Source of the DNA: Candidatus Omnitrophota bacterium
GTDB taxonomy: Bacteria > Omnitrophota > Gorgyraeia > Tantalellales > Tantalellaceae
Reading direction: 5' to 3'
Assembly (NCBI GenBank): GCA_007135805.1
Contig: SLID01000099.1
Coordinates: forward strand, 1,882-65,881
Length of the DNA stretch: 64,000 nucleotides
Positions 58,846 to 64,000 of this stretch are shown here, piece after piece. The notes below the pieces were generated by a model. The model searched no databases. It saw nothing but the letters and a program-made list of their open reading frames with translations, and was not told where the DNA came from. How positions within the stretch are numbered: the stretch's first letter is position 1; every line of letters begins with the position of its first letter. The translations under genes and the position numbers were made by a program.

Positions 58846-60189
58846 ATGAATGATGTAAAAGATACATCCGGCGGCGAAGTAATAACGAACGTTGCCCTCA
58901 AGGATATAGCGAATCTTTCAAAGCGCAGGGGGTTCATCTTCCAGAATTCCGAGATATACGGCGGGATAGGGAGTGTATGGGATTACGGCCCTCTCGGCAT
59001 TGAACTCAAGAACAATGTCAAAGCCGAGTGGTGGAAAAGCATGGTCTACGACCGGGACGATGTGGAGGGGCTTGACGCGGCGATAATAATGAACCCCGAA
59101 ACATGGAAAGCGTCGGGGCATGTGTCTTCTTTTGCCGATCTTCTCGCCGACTGTCTTGAATGTAAGAAGAGGTTCAGGACCGACAAGATACAAGGGGAAT
59201 CCTGTCCCGAGTGCGGGGGTAAACTTACCGAGCCCAGAAGTTTTGATCTTATGTTCAAGACGCGGGTCGGTTCGGTGGAGGGAGAGGCTCTTGATATTTA
59301 CCTGAGACCCGAGACGGCCCAGGGTATCTTTGTCAATTTTTCCAACATATTGAACTCGTCAAGGCAAAAACCGCCTTTTGGCGTTGCCCAGATAGGCAAA
59401 TCTTTCCGGAACGAGATAACCACCGGTAACTTTACGTTCCGCAGCAGAGAGTTTGAACAGATGGAGCTGGAGTTCTTTGTCAAACCCGGAGAAGATGAAC
59501 AGTGGTATGAGTACTGGGTAGAGGCCAGGTTCAACTGGTATATCGGCCTCGGCATTAAAAAAGAGAACCTGCGCCTCAGGGAACATGCCCCGGACGAGCT
59601 GGCGCATTACGCCAAGAAATGCCACGACGTGGAGTTCCTTTTCCCCATGGGATGGTCTGAACTTGAAGGTATAGCTAACCGTACGGATTACGACCTTAAG
59701 CAGCATTCTTCTCTCAGCGGCCAGGAACTCAACTATTTTGACGACGCTACGGGGGAAAGGTACGTGCCTTATGTGATAGAGCCCTCGGGAGGCGTGGACA
59801 GAGCCGTCCTGGCGTTCCTTATCAACGCTTACAGGACAGAAACGGTACGAGACAGGAAAAGGACATATCTTTCATTTGATAACCGCCTGGCGCCGATAAA
59901 AGCGGCTGTGCTCCCGCTTCTTAAGAACAAACCGGAGATAGTGGAAATGGCTCACCGGATAAGGGATGACATAAGAGGCGTTTACAGGGTCGTATATGAC
60001 GACACCGCTTCGATAGGCAGATTATACAGGAGACAGGACGAGATAGGGACGCCGTATTGTATTACGGTAGACGTCGAATCGCTCGAGGACGGAAAAGTGA
60101 CCGTAAGGGAAAGGGACAGCATGGACCAGGTCCGCCTGGAGGCGTCGGCGCTCAAGAATTTTTTAAAGGACAAACTGGAGAACTGTTAA
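58846..60189 (+). CDS. glyQS: Glycine--tRNA ligase, alpha2 dimeric type
   Basis: KRRGF, YLRPETAQG, KSFRNEIT, REFEQME, ELEGIANR, VIEPS.G.DR. Confidence 0.97.
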   Translation: MNDVKDTSGGEVITNVALKDIANLSKRRGFIFQNSEIYGGIGSVWDYGPLGIELKNNVKAEWWKSMVYDRDDVEGLDAAIIMNPETWKASGHVSSFADLLADCLECKKRFRTDKIQGESCPECGGKLTEPRSFDLMFKTRVGSVEGEALDIYLRPETAQGIFVNFSNILNSSRQKPPFGVAQIGKSFRNEITTGNFTFRSREFEQMELEFFVKPGEDEQWYEYWVEARFNWYIGLGIKKENLRLREHAPDELAHYAKKCHDVEFLFPMGWSELEGIANRTDYDLKQHSSLSGQELNYFDDATGERYVPYVIEPSGGVDRAVLAFLINAYRTETVRDRKRTYLSFDNRLAPIKAAVLPLLKNKPEIVEMAHRIRDDIRGVYRVVYDDTASIGRLYRRQDEIGTPYCITVDVESLEDGKVTVRERDSMDQVRLEASALKNFLKDKLENC

Positions 60190-60213
60190 CCAAAGAAGGA
60201 GGAAACGAGAGAG

Positions 60214-62997
60214 ATGGTAAAGAAAACAGCGATCAAGAAAACAGCATCAAAGACGGGAAAAAGTTCCAAAACTAAACATGTGTATTTCTTCGGGGGTGGC
60301 AGTGCCGACGGCAACGGGTCCATGAAGAATCTGCTTGGTGGAAAGGGAGCCAATCTTGCCGAGATGGCGGGGCACCCTTCGCTTAAACTGCCTGTTCCGC
60401 CCGGATTCACCATAACCACAGACGTCTGCACCCACTTCTACAAGTCGGGCAAAAAGTACCCCTCGGGCCTTGTTGAGCAGGTCGACGGGGCGATGAGAAA
60501 GATCGAGAAGGTCATGGGCAAGAAGTTCGGGAACCCGGAAAACCCCCTTCTTGTTTCCGTGAGGTCGGGCGCCAGGATATCGATGCCGGGTATGATGGAG
60601 ACGGTGCTCAATGTAGGGCTCACTACCAAGACCATACCGGGTCTTATAAAAAAGACCGGTAACGAAAGATTTGTATATGACGCGTACCGGCGTCTCATGA
60701 CCATGTATTCTGACGTGGTTATGGAAAAAAGCGCCGGTATCGAACCGGCCGAGGGTAAAGGTATAAGGCAGCAGCTCGAAAAAATACTTGAGGCCGCGAA
60801 AAAAGCCAAAGGTGTGGAGCTGGATACCGACCTTGACACGGAAGACCTCAAAAAGATCTGCGCTAAATACAAGGCCAAGATCAAACAGGTCATCGGCAAA
60901 GATTTTCCTGACACCGCGGAAGAACAGCTTTGGGGCGGTATAGGAGCGGTTTTTTCATCGTGGAACGGCAAAAGGGCCAAATCTTACCGGCAGATAGAGA
61001 ACATTCCCCACGAGTGGGGCACCGCGGTCAATGTTCAGTCCATGGTATTCGGCAACATGGGTAAAAACTCCTCCACCGGAGTAGCTTTCACCCGTAATCC
61101 CGGAAACGGCGATAACAAGTTTTACGGTGAGTACCTTGTCGATGCCCAGGGCGAGGATGTCGTTGCCGGAACAAGGACCCCGGGCCCTATCAACGTAAAT
61201 TCGCTCAATGATCAGAATAGGAAAGAACCTATGCTTGAGAAGATCATGCCGGCGGCTTATAAGGAGCTCGACAAGATACAGAAACGCCTGGAAAAACATT
61301 ACCGTGACATGCAGGACCTGGAATTCACCATTGAGAACGGTGAGCTTTTTATCCTGCAGACCAGAGTGGGAAAGAGGAACGGTCCCGCCGCTATCAAGAT
61401 AGCGGTGGATATGGTAAAAGAAAAGTTGATATCGAAAGAAGTGGCAGTAATGAGAGTGAAACCGTCCCAGCTTGACGAGATGCTTCATCCCATTATTGAC
61501 CCCAAGGTAGAAAAGAAAGAGAAACCCTTTGTGAAAGGCCTTCCGGCCGGTCCGGGCGGAGCTTCGGGCACCATAGTTTTTGATTCGGACGTGGCTGTTG
61601 AAGAAGCCGCCAAAGGTAAAAAGGTGATACTTGTAAGAGAAGAGACCAACCCTGAGGATGTTGAAGGCATGAGAGCCGCTGTGGCTATCCTTACCGCGAG
61701 AGGGGGGATGACAAGTCACGCTGCCCTGGTTGCCAGAGGGTGGGGTAAATGCTGTATAGTCGGCTGCGGCGACCTTAAAATAGACTCTAAGGCGAAGACC
61801 GTCAAGGTCGGAGATATCGTTCTGCGCAAAGGCGACAGCATAACTCTTAACGGCACCAAAGGGCTTGTGTACCGTGGGACGCTTCCCATGATAGACGCCA
61901 CTAAAGAGAACCGTTCCCTGAACGACTTTCTCAGTATATGTGACTCTGTCAGAAAGCTGCGGATAAGGACCAATGCCGATACTCCCGAGGATGCCCGCAA
62001 AGCCCGAGAGTTCGGCGCCGAAGGTATAGGTCTTTTCAGGATGGAACACATGTTCTACGGCGAAGGTTCGGACGTGCCTCTTTTCAAGCTCCGGAAGATG
62101 ATACTTTCCGATACTGAAAAAGAAAGAAGAGCGGCGCTGAAGGGACTTTTCTCCCACATGAAGAGCGATATTAAAAAGACGCTCAAGGCAATGGACGGTT
62201 TTCCCGTGACCATACGTCTTCTGGACCCTCCTCTTCATGAATTCGTTCCCCATCAGAAAGAACAGCTCGCGGAATTGGCGAAGAGCCTTAAGGTGGACCG
62301 GAAGACCCTGGGTGACAGGATCGCGAAACTTAAGGAAAGTAACCCCATGATGGGACACAGGGGTGTACGTCTCGGAGTAACATACGCGGAGGTCACGGAG
62401 ACAGAGGCCAGGGCTATTCTTGAGGCCACGGCGGAACTTCTGGCCGCTAAATGCAGGGTATCTCCAGAGATAATGATACCGGTGGTGAGCGTGGACGCCG
62501 AGATAGTTGACCAGGAAGCGATAATAAGGCGTGTGTACAAGGAAGTTTGCGAAAAGTACGGAGTAAAGAAACTTCCCGTGATGGTGGGGACTATGATAGA
62601 GATCCCCCGAGCGGCTCTTACCGCCGGCAAGATCGCGAACGTGGCCGAGTTCTTTTCTTTCGGGACCAACGACCTTACCCAGATGTCGTACGGATTTTCA
62701 CGGGACGACATGGGAGGGTTTCTCGTGCCTTACCTTGAGAAAAAAATACTCAAGGAAGACCCTTTCCAGTCCCTTGACCAGGAAGGTGTTGGCGAACTCA
62801 TAAGTATCGGCATAGAGCGCGGAAGAAAGACCCGTCCGGGCCTTAAGGTCGGTATTTGCGGTGAGCACGGCGGGGATCCGGCTTCCATAAATTTCTGTTA
62901 CAAAGCCGGTATGGATTACGTAAGCTGTTCTCCGTTCCGCGTGCCCATAGCGCGGCTTGCCGCGGCTCAGGCCAGTGTTTCGGAAAAAGCGGGATAA
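60214..62997 (+). CDS. ppdK: Pyruvate, phosphate dikinase
   Basis: LGGKGANLAEM, SVRSGA, GGMTSHAA (phospho-His), SFGTNDLTQ, GICGEHGGDP. Confidence 0.98.
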   Translation: MVKKTAIKKTASKTGKSSKTKHVYFFGGGSADGNGSMKNLLGGKGANLAEMAGHPSLKLPVPPGFTITTDVCTHFYKSGKKYPSGLVEQVDGAMRKIEKVMGKKFGNPENPLLVSVRSGARISMPGMMETVLNVGLTTKTIPGLIKKTGNERFVYDAYRRLMTMYSDVVMEKSAGIEPAEGKGIRQQLEKILEAAKKAKGVELDTDLDTEDLKKICAKYKAKIKQVIGKDFPDTAEEQLWGGIGAVFSSWNGKRAKSYRQIENIPHEWGTAVNVQSMVFGNMGKNSSTGVAFTRNPGNGDNKFYGEYLVDAQGEDVVAGTRTPGPINVNSLNDQNRKEPMLEKIMPAAYKELDKIQKRLEKHYRDMQDLEFTIENGELFILQTRVGKRNGPAAIKIAVDMVKEKLISKEVAVMRVKPSQLDEMLHPIIDPKVEKKEKPFVKGLPAGPGGASGTIVFDSDVAVEEAAKGKKVILVREETNPEDVEGMRAAVAILTARGGMTSHAALVARGWGKCCIVGCGDLKIDSKAKTVKVGDIVLRKGDSITLNGTKGLVYRGTLPMIDATKENRSLNDFLSICDSVRKLRIRTNADTPEDARKAREFGAEGIGLFRMEHMFYGEGSDVPLFKLRKMILSDTEKERRAALKGLFSHMKSDIKKTLKAMDGFPVTIRLLDPPLHEFVPHQKEQLAELAKSLKVDRKTLGDRIAKLKESNPMMGHRGVRLGVTYAEVTETEARAILEATAELLAAKCRVSPEIMIPVVSVDAEIVDQEAIIRRVYKEVCEKYGVKKLPVMVGTMIEIPRAALTAGKIANVAEFFSFGTNDLTQMSYGFSRDDMGGFLVPYLEKKILKEDPFQSLDQEGVGELISIGIERGRKTRPGLKVGICGEHGGDPASINFCYKAGMDYVSCSPFRVPIARLAAAQASVSEKAG

Positions 62998-63008
62998 ACC
63001 CGCGTTAC

Positions 63009-63044
63009 CCCGAGCGTATCCCGGCTGGCCGGGATACGCTCGGG
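63009..63044. repeat. Perfect 17-bp inverted repeat between ppdK and the sigma gene
   Basis: CCCGAGCGTATCCCGGC-TG-GCCGGGATACGCTCGGG; no T-tract follows. Confidence 0.9.
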
Positions 63045-63068
63045 AAAACAATAAGAGAGGGGAAAAAG

Positions 63069-63932
63069 ATGGATGCCATAAAACTTTATCTTAAGGATAT
63101 CCGGGACCTTCCTCTTCTTACGGCTGAGGAGGAGAAAGAACTGGCCTTGAAAATAAGGAAAGGCAACAAGAAAGCCCGCCAGAAGATGATAAAAAGTAAC
63201 CTGAGGCTCGTCATCAACATAGCGAAAAAATACAGTTACCTCGGGGTTCCCATGCTTGACCTTATAGAAGAGGGTAACCTTGGCCTCATGAAAGCCGTGA
63301 CCAAGTATGATCCGGACAGGGGATACCGCTTCAGCACTTACGCGGCGTGGTGGATAAAACAGTACATAACCAGGGCCGTGGCCAACCAGGGTAAGACCGT
63401 TCGCATCCCTGTATATGTCATGGAAATGCTGATGAGGTTCCAGAAGGTCAAGAAGCAACTTGCCCAGAAACACAAGAGCGCTCCCCAGATGAAAGATATC
63501 GCGAAAAAGATGAAGCTTCCCCTTTCGCGTGTAAAACAGCTCAACCATATGGCCTCGAGCGTAGCCAGCCTGAACGCGCCGATAGGGGAATCGGGAGATT
63601 CCGAGTTCATGGACCTCATAGAGGACGAAAGCATAGTCAACTCGGTAGATGAACTGTCCAAATTCATGCTCCATGAAAGGATAGAGGGCCTTCTTCAAAA
63701 GATGACGGACAGGGAAAGAAAGATACTCACCCTCAGGTTCGGCCTGGGCGAGGACGGAGCCACCCATACCTTGAGGGACACTGCCAAACATTTCGGCATA
63801 ACCCGCGAAAGGGTAAGGCAGATAGAGGTATCCTGCATGCAGAAACTCCGGAAGATGATGGAAGAACAGGAGAAAAAATCTCTGGAGAAGATGCGTAAGA
63901 AGTCTAAAAAAACAAAAAGATCTTCCCGGTAA
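63069..63932 (+). CDS. RNA polymerase sigma-70 factor, RpoD/RpoS-like, lacking region 1.1
   Basis: YLKDI..LPLLT.EEE, NLRLV, DLIEEGNLGL, RFSTYA.WWI, TVRIP, TRERVRQIE. Confidence 0.93.
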   Translation: MDAIKLYLKDIRDLPLLTAEEEKELALKIRKGNKKARQKMIKSNLRLVINIAKKYSYLGVPMLDLIEEGNLGLMKAVTKYDPDRGYRFSTYAAWWIKQYITRAVANQGKTVRIPVYVMEMLMRFQKVKKQLAQKHKSAPQMKDIAKKMKLPLSRVKQLNHMASSVASLNAPIGESGDSEFMDLIEDESIVNSVDELSKFMLHERIEGLLQKMTDRERKILTLRFGLGEDGATHTLRDTAKHFGITRERVRQIEVSCMQKLRKMMEEQEKKSLEKMRKKSKKTKRSSR

Positions 63933-64000
63933 CGGCCCAGGCCGCGCGTAGATCTCGGAAAATCCAGAACAACAGAAATGCTAGATGTGATATATCGCCC

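Overview
This is core chromosome of a bacterium with about 50% GC; the gene families are consistent with a PVC-superphylum organism such as Ca. Omnitrophota, but that is inference only. Every gene I can support lies on the + strand. The window opens with a GH57-based glycogen cluster (4-alpha-glucanotransferase, DUF4912, branching enzyme, Lys-rich DUF2934, glgC), a Cys-free flavodoxin-fold protein, a PurF lacking catalytic Cys1 and a half-size TSUP. It continues with gap-pgk-tpiA-secG, an Opp/Dpp ABC transporter, leuCDB-asd-truA, rplM-rpsI and a ~16 kb argCJBDFGH-lysA-dapFABL-folK-panC-nadA-nadX run. It ends with a Na/Pi cotransporter, guaB3, dnaE, HU/IHF, hisS-aspS, phoH-pgpH-ybeY-dgkA-DUF502-recO-glyQS-ppdK and a sigma-70 factor. 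I found no rRNA, tRNA, CRISPR array, transposase or phage genes. The most unusual part is the ~1.3 kb between truA and rplM. It holds two dispersed structured repeat families (second copies at ~8.6 kb and ~42.2 kb), a 4x61-bp tandem array, and a two-gene operon missed by the ORF track: a 56-aa AbrB-fold protein plus a 59-aa orphan, behind a promoter overlaid with 11-bp-phased repeats. Other anomalies are an in-frame TGA at a conserved Gly of dgkA and a probable ATC start for the Na/Pi transporter. All calls are by eye; no database searches were run.
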